Shown one piece after another: positions 23,706-35,688 of a stretch of DNA of 41,616 nt. The stretch lies in assembly GCF_006345805.1 (NCBI RefSeq), contig NW_021835253.1:1-41616 (forward strand), read 5' to 3'. The position numbers were made by a program, and so were the translations under genes. This DNA is from Octopus sinensis (Eukaryota). A model generated the notes under the pieces. It saw nothing but the letters and a program-made list of their open reading frames with translations, was not told the DNA's origin and did not search any database. Each line of letters opens with the position of its first letter. Position 1 is the stretch's first letter.

Positions 23706-24329
23706 TGATATATTCTGTTATTGATTATAATGTCGCAAGACATTAAAGACAGCGCAAAAACCGAAATGCTCCCCATCCAAAAACTAAAAATATCGGCGAT
23801 TTACAGCGTTTGAACATGCCATATCCACAATAACAATAAGGAAACATTAATTGAATAGCAAGAAAAGAAGACGAGCAATAGAGAACAGCATATTAACAAA
23901 AGAAAGGAACCTCAAAATCGGAGTGGGACCCGCGTAACGTGATTCGAGACTCCCCAAACAAAACTCCCGGACTACTCTGACACCCTAAAGTCAACCTACA
24001 GCGGCATAGTTAGAACGAGTTCATTTTGTCATGTCATTTTCTCCACCTTTCACAAAATTTAGTGGAGTGCAGATCCTCTCTCTTCATCCTTACTTTCTTC
24101 CACAAGCGGATCATAAATAATTTAATGAGGGCTTGGCTTGAGAGGAAAAGTGCCGTCCTCTAGCAACTTTCGTCGTCATAGCCACCAGGCAAAGAAAGAC
24201 TACGCGATTTTCTTTGGAAAACACATGTCAAATGTCAGAATAGATTTACCTAATGATCTGAGCTGTTTGACATGTATCAAGATCATGACAGTAGCTTCGC
24301 AAACGTCTTCACACACTGTCTTCCTGAGT

Positions 24330-24650
24330 CTTAATTTGAAGAAGATAATCTTTGAAGGACCGTGTGCGTGATTCTAAACGGTTCCAGATGGTTGTCACCA
24401 ACTTTGGTTACTGAGCACATGCCCCTGTACATTGTAGCTCTGAAGATAGGTCTGTAACTAACGGCGCTTAAGTATTCCCCAGCTAGCAGAGGTCGACCCT
24501 ATTAAATGCTGTAAACTTGCCTAAATTGTTCAGAACCCCACCGAAGCCAGATCTAATTTGGACAAACTATATGATGTGTCACATGAAGTGGATGTTGTTG
24601 TGGATAGACTAGGAAGATATTACACAGGTTTGAGTGTCTCCACATAAACC
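24330..24650 (-). pseudogene. Decayed Tx1/L1-like LINE reverse transcriptase fragment
   Basis: Minus-strand pieces QTCVISS*SIHNNIH, NLGKFTAFNRVD and MYRGMCSVTKV..HLEPFRITHTVLQ parallel the L1/Tx1 RT motifs Q..F..GR.I.DN, D..KAFDRV and G..S..F.I.RGVRQ; stops and frameshifts. Confidence 0.6.
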
Positions 24651-24799
24651 ACCAATAACATCACCAGCCATTTAACGTTCACTTTTGCTAAAAACTCTGG
24701 TTTTCACTTTCGCTAAAAACTCTGGTTTACCATTTCTGAGTCTAAAATTACCTGTTATGGACCCGTGATTGTCTCCCATCACTATTTGTTGACCCCTGT

Positions 24800-24960
24800 G
24801 GATTTGTGTACGTCTCGAGGATTTAGTGGTTTGGCAAATCAATAAGAATCAGACTAAAAAGAAAATACTGGGCTTGATATGGTCGACCTGATCTTCCAAG
24901 ATGCTATCCCAGTATGGCTGCAGTCCAATGACTAAAACTAGTTGAAGATAAAAGATAAAA
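24800..24960 (+). mobile_element. Diverged SINE family A, 3' half
   Basis: cccagtatggctgcagtccaatgact tail motif. Confidence 0.55.
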
Positions 24961-25732
24961 GAACTCTTCATTTACTGTTACCCTCTCATTGTTAATTCTT
25001 TCTTTGCAATAACCTATTCAGTGATGCTGGTACACCAATTAAAAAGAGGTTTTATTGTATCCAGAAAATGGTTACTTTATAGTTCTTAAATTTCGTGCAG
25101 TGGGTAGGGTTGTTTCTGAGAGAGTAGATTTTACTTTGCATTAGAATTCCATTTAAAATAACTTCCTGTGTCATACTAGAGACATTAGCCTGTTTTCTAG
25201 TGGAATAAAACAAGGCTTATATTAAACTCCTGTTGAACTGCAGCTAGGATAGTTTTAGCATTCAATATAGAACTCAGCATATATCCATATGTATGTTTCG
25301 ATATCGATTTCTAGATGAAGTGATATAGATAAGACATATAGGACGAGATAAATGAAATTAACGCTATAACGTCGGTCGTGACAGAACTACCGATCAGAAG
25401 GCTGCTAGTGTAACTCACTGAAATATCTCTTCACCGTTTAGGAAGCCTAGGCCAGCAAAAGATTTATATTCTGAACATAACCAGAACATATTTCTGATGA
25501 CGAGATAAAATCCGTTGACATTTCAATCAGTAAGTGAGCACCGTGCCTCTACAACCAGCTTCGTTGCTGATACGTTAGTTTATATATCAGGAATGTAAGG
25601 AAAATAAAATATCTCTATGGATACAATATTTTCCGGAAACTTTCGTTTTCAAAACCATTCCAGATTACTGATTTTTGCGAACCTGGGGTAGTCACACTCT
25701 AAATTCAATAAATATTATTTAAGGATGTGTGG

Positions 25733-25901
25733 GTGCAGGTGTGGCTGTGTAGTAAGAAGTTTGCTTCTCAATTGCATGGTTCAGAATTCAGTCCTACTAT
25801 GTGACACATTGGTCAAGCGTCTTCTACAATAACCTCGGGCCGACCAAAGCATTGTGGGTGGGTTTGGTAGGTGGAAACTGAATGAAGCCCGTTGTATATA
25901 T

Positions 25902-25964
<63 letters not shown>

Positions 25965-26215
25965 ATATATATTTATATATATTTATATGTGTTTGTGTGT
26001 GTTTTTGTTCCCCAACACCGCTTGACAAACAGTGGTGAAGTGTTTACGTCCAGTTAACTTAACGGTTCGGCAAAAGAGACCAGAATAATAAGTACCAGGC
26101 TTAGAAAAAAAGAAGAAAAAAAGGCTGTCGTTGATTCGATCAACTAAGAGAATTCTCCAAGGTGATACCCTAGCATGGCCGCAGTCTAATGACAAAAGCA
26201 AAAGTTAGAACGATT
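25733..26215 (+). mobile_element. SINE family A, full length, diverged
   Basis: gcaggtgtggctgtgtagtaag head; cctcgggccgaccaaagc; ctagcatggccgcagtc tail. Confidence 0.85.
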
Positions 26216-26239
26216 AAATATATGTGTGAGTGTGAGTGT

Positions 26240-26293
<54 letters not shown>

Positions 26294-26294
26294 A

Positions 26295-27550
26295 CAGGGG
26301 TTGGACAAAATAATGGAATCACCTTAAAATTTCAAACAAGTTTATTCTAATATGGGGTATAACTGCCTTTGGCAGTAATTACAGCTTGAATTCTACAAGT
26401 TATGGACTCGTACAATGTTTCAATTGTTTCCAAAGGAATTTTTGTACATTCTTCAGCTAAAACAGTCTCCAGTTCCTCTAGTGATAATGGTGGAGGTTAT
26501 CAACTCCTTACTTGATTTTCTAAAATGTACCATAAATGTTCAATAATATTGAGATCTGGGGACTGTGGTGGCCAGATAAGATATTCAACTTCACTAGAAT
26601 GTTGCTCGTGCTATCTATTTAGTAACAACTTTAGATGTGTGAATTGATGCGTTATCATCCTGAAAGATTGCGTTTCCCTCTGGAAACAGTTCTGCAACAA
26701 GAGGACGAATTTGATCCAGATAAAATGCTTAAATAGTCTTGACTATTAATTCTGCCATGAAGGAAATCCATTGGACCAGCGGATTTTTAAGATATAGCCC
26801 CACCCCCACCCCCCGATCATCACAGATCCTCCTCCATGTTTAACAGCTGGAAGAAGGCAGTCTAGATTAAATGCTTCTTTTAGCGGTCTCTACGTGTATA
26901 CTCGGTCGATGGTCGGAAATAAGGTAAACGATGAGCCGTCCAAGAAAATAACATTATTTCACTGCTCTACCCTAAACGCTTTGCAATGTTTGTTCTTGAA
27001 AGTAGTTCTATTCTGATTACAACGCTCCCGTGAAATCTGGCTTTATGCAGCTCCTGGAGAACAGTTTTTGTGGAAACTGTGTTCTCGAGATGGTCAATAA
27101 GCTCTGAAGTAATTTTGGAAGCAGTACTTTTGTGATCCTTTCTAGCAGTTCGCGTAAGAGTCTGACGGTCCTTTTCTGAAAGTTTTAGTTTTCCGTAGTT
27201 TTGTTTCAACGAGGAGGTTTTTCCCTCTTTCTGAAAGGTTGACATTACTTTCGAGACAGTACTTCTTGATACACCAAACATTTCAGCTGTTTTTGTTACG
27301 CTAGCGCCTACCATACGAGCACCAACAATTTGACATCGTTGAAAGTCCGATAGATCTGTCATTTTAATGAATTTTAATTACTTTTGTCCGATGATATTTG
27401 AAAAAACAACTGAAATTTTAGCAAAAACATATTAAGCAACAGTAATAATAAATCAAAAAACAAAAATAATTAACTTTTGACGGTTTTATAGATATTTCAA
27501 AATTATGATGCTATGATGCTAGGTGTTTCCATTATTTTTGTTCAACCCCT

Positions 27551-27551
<1 letters not shown>
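26295..27551 (-). mobile_element. Tc1-like (DD34E) transposon, near full length, transposase disrupted
   Basis: ~30 bp TIRs caggggttggacaaaataatggaatcacct / aggtgtttccattatttttgttcaacccctg, then TA; N-terminal HTH ORF 26967-27362; IFLDGSSF (about 26925-26950), IFQDDNAS (about 26650-26670), PDLNIIE (26539-26560). Confidence 0.92.
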
Positions 27552-27603
<52 letters not shown>

Positions 27604-28050
27604 TATATATGCCTGTAATAGTTACGTTGTCGGCTAATACAATTCAGAGCTTCTCCCTAAGCCTGAAAATTGAATTTTTCTGTGATACTTTTTCTGTATT
27701 GCTTGAAATTATCTCCCCTTTTCTTTGAAAGTTGAAAACATTTACCGTTAGGTTTCTGTTTTCATTTTTTCTCAGCGCACGTATGGCTATGTTGGATAAG
27801 ACTACAGAAACGGTAAAACATCGGAATGCATGCTTCGATAGTATTGTACATCTTTCTCGTTGGTCTTGCGTTCAAATCTACCCGAGTTTACTTTATTTTC
27901 CAGTTATTCTAAATTCGATAAATAAATACCAGTTATAGAAGAACGTAAGTTCAGTTTGTTTACAGAGTCATATAGACGTCCTTTCGTCTCGCTGTTGAAT
28001 TAGACACGTGATATAACGATAAGGCTATCGGTAGCTTCAAATGCAGATCG

Positions 28051-28088
28051 AACCGACAATTTCGTCTTTCTTCGACTCCTCAGAGGTC
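28051..28088 (-). ncRNA. Degenerate minimal hammerhead motif
   Basis: Minus strand GACCU-CUGAGGA-GUC-GAAGAAA-GAC-GAAA-UUG-UC-GGUU; core and stem II intact, stem III shortened. Confidence 0.4.
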
Positions 28089-28304
28089 TTTTGATTTTGT
28101 TTTCAATACAGATAACATGATGAGTAGTACAACCTAACTTACATAACAGTATAAGATCGCTCACTTCTGACATATGATATTTCAGTATTCTAGTCATCTA
28201 TACATCCTAACCTACAAAACTTGAAAACGTACTCTTATGTGAGATCTATGACTTATCGACATATATACACATACATATGTACATATATACATGCGTAAAT
28301 ACAA

Positions 28305-28319
<15 letters not shown>

Positions 28320-28341
<22 letters not shown>

Positions 28342-28426
28342 ATATATAATATATATATATATATATTTACATATATATATATGTATGTATGTATATATAT
28401 ATATATAATAATATATATATATATAG

Positions 28427-28458
<32 letters not shown>

Positions 28459-28466
28459 TATATATA

Positions 28467-28509
<43 letters not shown>

Positions 28510-28523
28510 TATATAATATATAT

Positions 28524-28560
<37 letters not shown>
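28320..28560. repeat. (TA)n microsatellite
   Basis: Direct reading. Confidence 0.95.
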
Positions 28561-29059
28561 TGTGCATAACCTTCTACGAGTATTTATCTGATTGGGATGA
28601 AAATAAAACTTAGGTTTACAATTGAATTGATGGCAACCTTCGAGAAAAGCAATACGTCAGCGCTAGTGAAAATAGCTTATTATGGTCTCCATGTTTATAT
28701 ACTTTATCTGATATTTTTACATGTGAAAGATTCTCAATATATCTCATACTCCGATTTGCTGTCAGAATAAGAGAGGCCAGGCAGATGAATTATTGGATAT
28801 TACAATTTCTTTTCGTTCCTCTTATTCTTCTTTCTTTGTTTTTTTTCTTTCTTTATTTTTGTCTTTTTCTCTTTTTCTTTTTTTTTTTTTTTGTCACAGT
28901 CTCAACTGAGATTGAACCAGCTTACCCTGATTTATTGTATTGACGGTTTGACTGAAACGATTGTAGTAGTAATAAGAATGGAGAAGCTGGGATGAGAAAG
29001 AAAGAAAGAAAGACAGAAGAGAAAATAGTGAGAAAGAAGAAGAAATTCAATAGCAATGA

Positions 29060-29150
29060 CAATAACAACAACAACAACAACAATAATAATAACAATAATA
29101 ATAATAATAATAACAATAATAATAATAATGATAATGATAATAGCAACAGC

Positions 29151-29214
<64 letters not shown>

Positions 29215-29270
29215 GCAATAATAATAATATAATGACAACCACCACTATAACAACAACAACAACAACAAAG
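29060..29270. repeat. (AAT/AAC)n trinucleotide tract
   Basis: Direct reading. Confidence 0.95.
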
Positions 29271-30430
29271 CTTTAACATCAACAAGGAGAAAACAAGTAG
29301 ATTTGGGGTTTTTAGTCAACTTTTCCTGACAGATAAAAATGTAGAGTGAAATATGCATTGGTTGTGTCAGAATGTGAATTCGATTGTTTCTTGTTTTTCA
29401 AAGCCGGGTTCTGACGTGCAAGGAATGATACATCGTCCATCAACAGAGAGTTATTGATTGGCAGTAAAACTCTCTCTCTCTCTCTCTATCTCTCTGTTCA
29501 ATTGCATGCGTCAAACACAGAGAGTCAGTACTGCATGGTGATCATTGTTAAGCTAATCCTTTTCCGAATCAATGATCTGCCTAGCTTGGAACTCGTCTCC
29601 CGTTTCCATAGAGAATGATGGAGAAAAGTTTTCCCCTGGGTTGGAGGCAGATATATAACATATCTTCAATCACAGATGTGTAATTATTTAGGATCGAAAC
29701 CACTACGTGGTACCTTGGGTAAGAGTCTTTTATCATACCCTCGGGAGGACTAAGGCCTTCTGAGCGAAATTTGATATGTTGAAACTGTACGGAAGCCCTT
29801 CAGAGAAAACATTTCTGTTAGGTTTTTGTTGGATGGATTTTACTCTCCAATTTCATGCGACCAGTTGGTCCCTATGTGATGTAAGAGGATCCCACCCTCT
29901 TACGAAAATTTATATCAGGTCTCCGAGATCTAAACGACGCCCTCCTTTCCTCTAGTTTTGGCATTTCTGAAAAGGAGCCTAAGGGAAGCCCTAATATCTC
30001 TTACAAAGTCATTAGAACATTAACTTAGCACCGCAAGGGAATGAAACATTCGTCAAATTAGCAGTGTTGTTGCTGCTGTTTACATTGGCGAGAGTTTTCT
30101 AATATGTGCTGCTATCTATATAGAGCTAGATGCGCCAGACCATTCCTGGGTTAAATGTTTTAGTAACAGACATAATGCTGAACCGAGTATACAATACCAC
30201 TGATCTATTCGCTAGACTATATGTATTTCTGCTCATACACACACACACACATGCAAAGACAAATATTCACACATATACTTGTGCTAGTGTGTGTGTGTAT
30301 ATATGTGTGTTTGTGTGTTGTGTCTACGTATACTATAGCCACATTGTCATCTTAAAACACTGCGCAGTTGTCAGTGCTCCCATCACACGTACAGGAAACT
30401 AATGTTAATCTGTCAATTTGTTTATGCTGT

Positions 30431-30801
30431 GGGATGGATGGAAGCACTCCGTCGGTTACGACGACGAGGGTTCAGGTTGATCCGATCAACGGAACAGCCT
30501 GCTCGTGAAATTAACGTGTAAGTGGCTGAGCACTCCACAGACACGTATACCCTTAACGCAGTTCTCGGGGATATTCAGCGTGACACAGAGAGTGACAAGG
30601 CCGGCCCTTTGAAATACAGGTACAGCAGAAAGTTGTGGTGAAAGAGTACAGCAGGGATCACCACCATCCCTGCCGGAGCCTCGTGGAGCTTTAGGTGTTT
30701 TCGCTCAATAAACACTCACAACGCCCGGTCTGGGAATCGAAACCGCGATCCTACGACCGCGAGTCCGCTGCCCTAACCACTGGACCATTGCGCCTCCACC
30801 G
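30431..30801 (-). mobile_element. tRNA-derived SINE, family E, with 14 bp TSD
   Basis: Minus head gtggaggcgcaatggtccagtggttagg...ggtttcgattccc; TSD tttgtttatgctgt at 30417-30430 and 30802-30815. Confidence 0.92.
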
Positions 30802-31100
30802 TTTGTTTATGCTGTAGCTCTGTAATGAAGAGGCCCTAGAGCATTGTTTTGCCACAGTGCTGCACAATGGTACGCAATCGGCTATCACAATGATATACAA
30901 TCGGCTATTACAATGACTCTACATCGGGCTTCCATACAGTTTCAACGTATCAAATTTCAATGATACACTCTAACTCCAATGGTACACACTCAGACACTAC
31001 AATAACATGGCCAGCTCCTGAATGACGCACTGTCAGTGACAGAATATGATACCGTCAGCAGCTACGATGATACACAGTAAGCTATTACAATAATCTACTA

Positions 31101-31708
31101 CAATGGTTTTCAACAATTTTCTAACTACGGATCCCTTTGATTCCTATTTTATTCGATTGGACCCCATAGCCATTCGATGTTCAAAAAATTCTATTATATT
31201 TTTATGATTAAATATTATTAGGAATTGTATTAAAACTTGTTAAAATATTTTGTGTATTTCAGGAGTTGCTGAGATCCACTTCGGTCATGACTGACCGTGG
31301 GATTGCACCTAGAAAGTTACCCTCCCAGGCTCAAGTCCGGGCAAGGTTGTTTATGAAAAACTAGTAGTCGCCCATACATACCGGCTTCCCCTCTCCACGC
31401 CACCAGTGTTATCCAAGGGAAAGGCAAAGGGGCCGATGCAGCTTGGCGCTGTGACGTCGCAACTCATTTCTACAGCTGAGTGAACTGGAGCAACATGAAA
31501 TAAAGTGTCTTGCTCAAGAACACAACACACAGCCCGGTCCGGGATTCGAGCTCACAACCTCATGATCGTAAGCTCGACTCTCTAGCCAATGAGACATGCG
31601 CCTTCATTTCAGGAGTATAACCAATTTATTGCGCATAAATTTTAACAGCAAAATTTTATATGGACCCCCAGACCCAAGGATCATATTGACCCTAGTTGAG
31701 AACCGCTG
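31101..31708. mobile_element. hAT-type MITE with 8 bp TSD, split by a SINE
   Basis: TIRs caatggttttcaac / gttgagaaccgctg; TSD ATCTACTA at 31093-31100 and 31709-31716. Confidence 0.88.
31267..31605 (-). mobile_element. tRNA-derived SINE with family D head and a third tail type, 11 bp TSD
   Basis: Minus gttgtgttcttgagcaagacactttatttcatgttgctccag shared with the 14922 copy; TSD atttcaggagt at 31256-31266 and 31606-31616. Confidence 0.88.
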
Positions 31709-31906
31709 ATCTACTACACTGACACAGATTTAGCCAGTCACTACATTTATATGCTGTCACCCACAACAGTAACACAGTAGCAGTCACTTCAATGACACAC
31801 ACTCAGTTACTATAATGAAGCAGTGACAGCTATTTCAGTAACAATCACTCAAACTTCGACAATGGCACTAATTCTATTATTACAGGGACGCTGTTTTTCT
31901 GTTATT

Positions 31907-32143
31907 TTTAAGGCGGCGAGCTGGCAGAAACGTTAGCACGCTGGGCGAAATGCTTTGCGGTACTTCGTCTGCCGTTACGTTCTGGGTTCAAATTCCGCCG
32001 AGCTCGACTTTGCCTTTCATCCTTTCGGGGTCGATTAAATAAGTACCAGTTACGCACTGGGGTCGATATAATCGACTTAATCCTTTCGTCTATCCTTGTT
32101 TGTCCTCTCTGCGTTTAACCCCTTGTGGGTAGTAAAAAAATAG
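31907..32143 (+). mobile_element. SINE family B monomer with 14 bp TSD
   Basis: Collinear with 2907-3135; TSD gtttttctgttatt at 31893-31906 and 32144-32157. Confidence 0.92.
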
Positions 32144-32319
32144 GTTTTTCTGTTATTGCATTCGCTGAATGACATAATAAACATTTTTTCTCGAAACATC
32201 GTTTCCAAGAATTGGTTTTATTATAAACTACCGTATTTGATGGAATGAAAAGATGAAACAGGCCCCAATTTATGCTATGTGTATTCAGGAAAAAAGTTTT
32301 TAGTACATTAAAGCTTATG

Positions 32320-32490
32320 GAGGGGAGGTGCTTGGTTTGGTGGTTAGAGCTTTTGCACTCATGATCGACAATGTTTGGACCGTACGATGGGTTGTGTTCT
32401 TCAACAAAATATTTCATTTCATGTTGCTCCAGTCCACTCAGCAAGTAAAAGTGAAATATTCTACGACAGACCGACATTCCGCTTAAGGAG
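32320..32490 (+). mobile_element. Diverged family D SINE
   Basis: gttgtgttcttcaacaaaatatttcatttcatgttgctccagtccactcagc. Confidence 0.65.
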
Positions 32491-32924
32491 GACGGTCTTA
32501 TGAACCGATAACTCGGGAGAGGCCTTTAATCCAATTTATAAAACTTATGGAAAGCGCAACTTCACATTAGAAAACCCGAAGTGACTTTTTTTTCGGAGAC
32601 TTTTTTGTTTTGAAAAAAAAAAAACAGTGCCTTGTGCACCATCAATTAATGGTGCTTCTGTTCTTATATCTTCTCTCCACTAACAAATATTTTTTAAAAT
32701 CAGGTTGGAAATAAACAACTAACTTCACACACTGACCTTCATCAACCTATCTTCGTCACCGCAACCGTATAAGATGTCTCTGACTCTACCAACGCTTGCA
32801 ATGACGACACATAGTTGGTTATGATAATTACGACAGTTTCACTAGTTCTACTGACTGTATGATGAATCATATATAATCAATACACTAGAGTCAGCACAAG
32901 ATATGATCAAAGAGAAAATGATCA

Positions 32925-33300
32925 AAGGAATTCAAACCTTGGCCATCTCGTCTTTTATCATACCAAAGACTACATTATACAATAATGTATTCTTCCTTAT
33001 TTTTTAAAACGTGGAGTGCGTGCTTTGAGAGAGGTTTAGATATTGTTTTTAGCAGATAGAGTGACCGCAAAGGTTTCTTCCTTAGCTCGAGTTTTTGTTG
33101 TTTAACCACAGGTCGGTTATGGCCGAGAAGACCTTTTATCAAAGAGTACCAGCCGCGATCTCCGCATCTATTTTTATTTCTTACAGACTGTATCTAGAAT
33201 TATCTCTTGCAGCCTGTCCTTCCTTTCTAGATATAGTAGTCGTTAATTTGAGACAGAAATTTAGCTGCAATTTCTTGCAATTTGTACGACTCCCCTGAGT
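32925..33300 (-). mobile_element. Two adjacent diverged family C repeats
   Basis: Each resembles the reverse complement of 23285-23520; second copy has the gttgtttaaccacaggtc tail. Confidence 0.45.
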
Positions 33301-33344
33301 TTAAGAGCTACGTATTTTTTAATATAAACACAACACGACATAAC

Positions 33345-33940
33345 GAAGGCGCTAAGTAAGGTTGCTCGACCTCTCAGAAATAATAGATGCTTCAAACTAC
33401 ATCCAACCGTCTTAAAAATGAAAAGCTTGATTAGATAATATACTGCAATGTTATTAACAGAACGAATATGCTTGATGCACGTTCGAACTGGGGAACAAGA
33501 TACTCACTGCATTTTGTCACGGAGAATATATCTCGCTTGTTGACAAATGGTGTCTATACACCTAGATCAGCTCGCAGTGCCATCTACTTTGACTATGAGG
33601 TGCTAGCTTTTCGGAGTAGTTATCCCCTTATCGGTCACGGACACTAGTCAGACGACACTACGAGCTGAAATAATAGAGTAGTACCTTTCTTATGCTTTTC
33701 CAGTCACCGTGCGATGACTGGCAGCTCTATACGGCGGCTTACCGTCAGTAACTTATGGAGTGAGGAACGCTAAGTAGTGATAAGTGAAATTGCAATGTTA
33801 TAATCAGTCCGGATATGTTTGATGCACGTTCGAACTGGGGAATAAGCTACTACCTACTAAGCTACTAAGAACAGGATGGTCATGACTGGAAGCAATCAAT
33901 GATGAGTCTTCTCGATCATGGAATCTAAACAACAACAAAC
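33345..33940 (+). mobile_element. Family C repeat split by an insert carrying ~60 bp direct repeats
   Basis: Head at 33345; tail caggatggtcatgactggaa...ctaaacaacaac at 33870-33940; direct repeats at 33444-33503 and 33791-33850. Confidence 0.4.
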
Positions 33941-34474
33941 ACAACAAGCAATACTTAGATACCTTTTAGTGGGTACGAATAACCTACCTACTTTTTCGAT
34001 TATTTGTCCAATACCTTACAGCTTCAGCTACCGACGCTTTTGTCGTTCGTATTTAAAAACAAAAGAAAAATAAACAATATACAAAAACAACAAAATCAAA
34101 ACCAAAATCACATTCTTTTCCTCCATTCCATTTTATGTTCTTTTATTGTGATTTAGCAATATTTCCTTTCTCTCTTTTCTTCTCTACAGCTGCGATAAAA
34201 CCGAATCTAAATTAATGTCTTCAAGTTTAGAAATGGACCTTGCTAGCCATTTAAATATCCTTTACCAAGCCATTCTTTCTTCCTTTTAGCTTATCATTTT
34301 GATGTTTCTTTCTTTTCTTTCTTTTTTTGTCTTCATTACTTTCTTTCTGTCTGTCTTTCTTTTTCCAACTGATAACAAAATCGATAATTCTTGCAAGAGA
34401 TAGCACTGAAGGTAATCATTTTGTACTTTAACTGAGTTAGATCTTTGCGATCATTTGTTTCGTAGAGAGGACTG

Positions 34475-34740
34475 TGATGATGATGATGGTGATGATGATG
34501 ATGATGACGATGACGAAGACGACGACGGTGGTGGTGGTGGTGGTGGTGGCGCCGGCGGAGGTGGTGATGATGATGAGGAGGCGGAGGCGGAGGAGGTAGA
34601 GGATGGTGAAGATGGCAACGATGACGGTGACGTTGTGACAACGACGATACATTGATGAGTATAATTGTGTTGTTGTCGTTCATGACGATGACGATGACGA
34701 TGATGATAAAGGGGAGGACGACAACGACGACGACGATTTT
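34475..34740. repeat. (GAT/GAC/GGT/GGA)n low-complexity tract
   Basis: Direct reading. Confidence 0.9.
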
Positions 34741-35688
34741 GTCATTTTTGTTTAAGGTAATAATGATGTGCCGGCGAAGACGATGAGAGAGGACCCTCTC
34801 TGAGAGTGAGGAATTCATCTTCAGCTCCACGAGCATCGGTTGATGAGTGACGAAGGTGAGAGTAATAGATGTGCCACCATCTGGAGACAGCTACTGCGTG
34901 GGGGCAGGAGAATGGTATGAGAATCCTGGAAATACTCAAGCCACGCCGGAACTGCTCGGGAACATGAATGAAGATCTTGAACCAAAAGACCCAAGGAAAT
35001 CTTGAAACGGTCCCTAATAAGATGGGATTAACAATCAGCACCTTGTTGACTTTGATGGTGGAAGGGAGAAGCTGAAGGTCCTTTGTTTGCGTCCCATCGG
35101 TCTTCCGCACATTTTAGAGGTTAAAAGAATGAAGGCCTGCACTGCTAATGGACCAGAATCACTGCGAAACAACGACAGCAACCACAATAGCTACTGCAAT
35201 GACAATTGCAGTAGCATCTGAGATAGTAGTTGATGGTGTTTGTGCAATGAAAAAAAATCACCGGGCTTGGATGATCTGCTCAAAGCCAGTCTTATTCTCC
35301 TGTGTCTGACAGCAGAACGGGACAATTCTCAATTTTGTGAGTCGAGGAATGTTTGGGCTGATAAGGAAAGAGATGAAAAGTAAAGGAGTTGTCGATAATT
35401 TCTAGATCATAAAACTACTGAATCCAGAGCTTAAATTTTTGGTGCCATGTGCTAGAAATGTGATTATTTCATTAGTAGTGTTGTCATTTATCGTTAGTAG
35501 AGTGTCGAGCACGATTCCTGGTAGATCTCTCCTTAAAACCACTGTCTTATGTATTGTCAATACTTAGTGGGTAACAAGCCAGGCTTCAGTGGAGCTCTCA
35601 TCATCTTTCGACCAGCCTATGGGTGGTTGGAACTCTATTGACAACCCCTTTCCATACTACACGGTCCTACATTGCTGTGTTCAGATCC

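Larger units (their letters stand above)
30850..31900. repeat. Old degenerate ~23 bp tandem repeat, interrupted by younger insertions
   Basis: cggctatcacaatgatatacaat (30879-30901) followed by cggctattacaatgactctacat (30902-30924); similar units continue after 31709. Confidence 0.6.

Noticed and set aside
24683-24730. 25 bp tandem duplication (gctaaaaactctggttt)
   Set aside because: Ordinary slippage duplication.
25494-25540. CTGATGA as a hammerhead core
   Set aside because: No downstream GAAA or NUH in register. Similar isolated cores at about 1318, 6356, 12466 and 24440 also fail.
27776-27812. 37 nt candidate exon (ttctcag|...ACG|gtaaaa; ARMAMLDKTTET)
   Set aside because: Acceptor is plausible but the donor is weak and there is no homology; indistinguishable from chance without RNA data.
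34742-35110. 122 aa minus-strand ORF in a GC-richer segment
   Set aside because: No recognisable domain in any frame; probably an unidentified decayed element.
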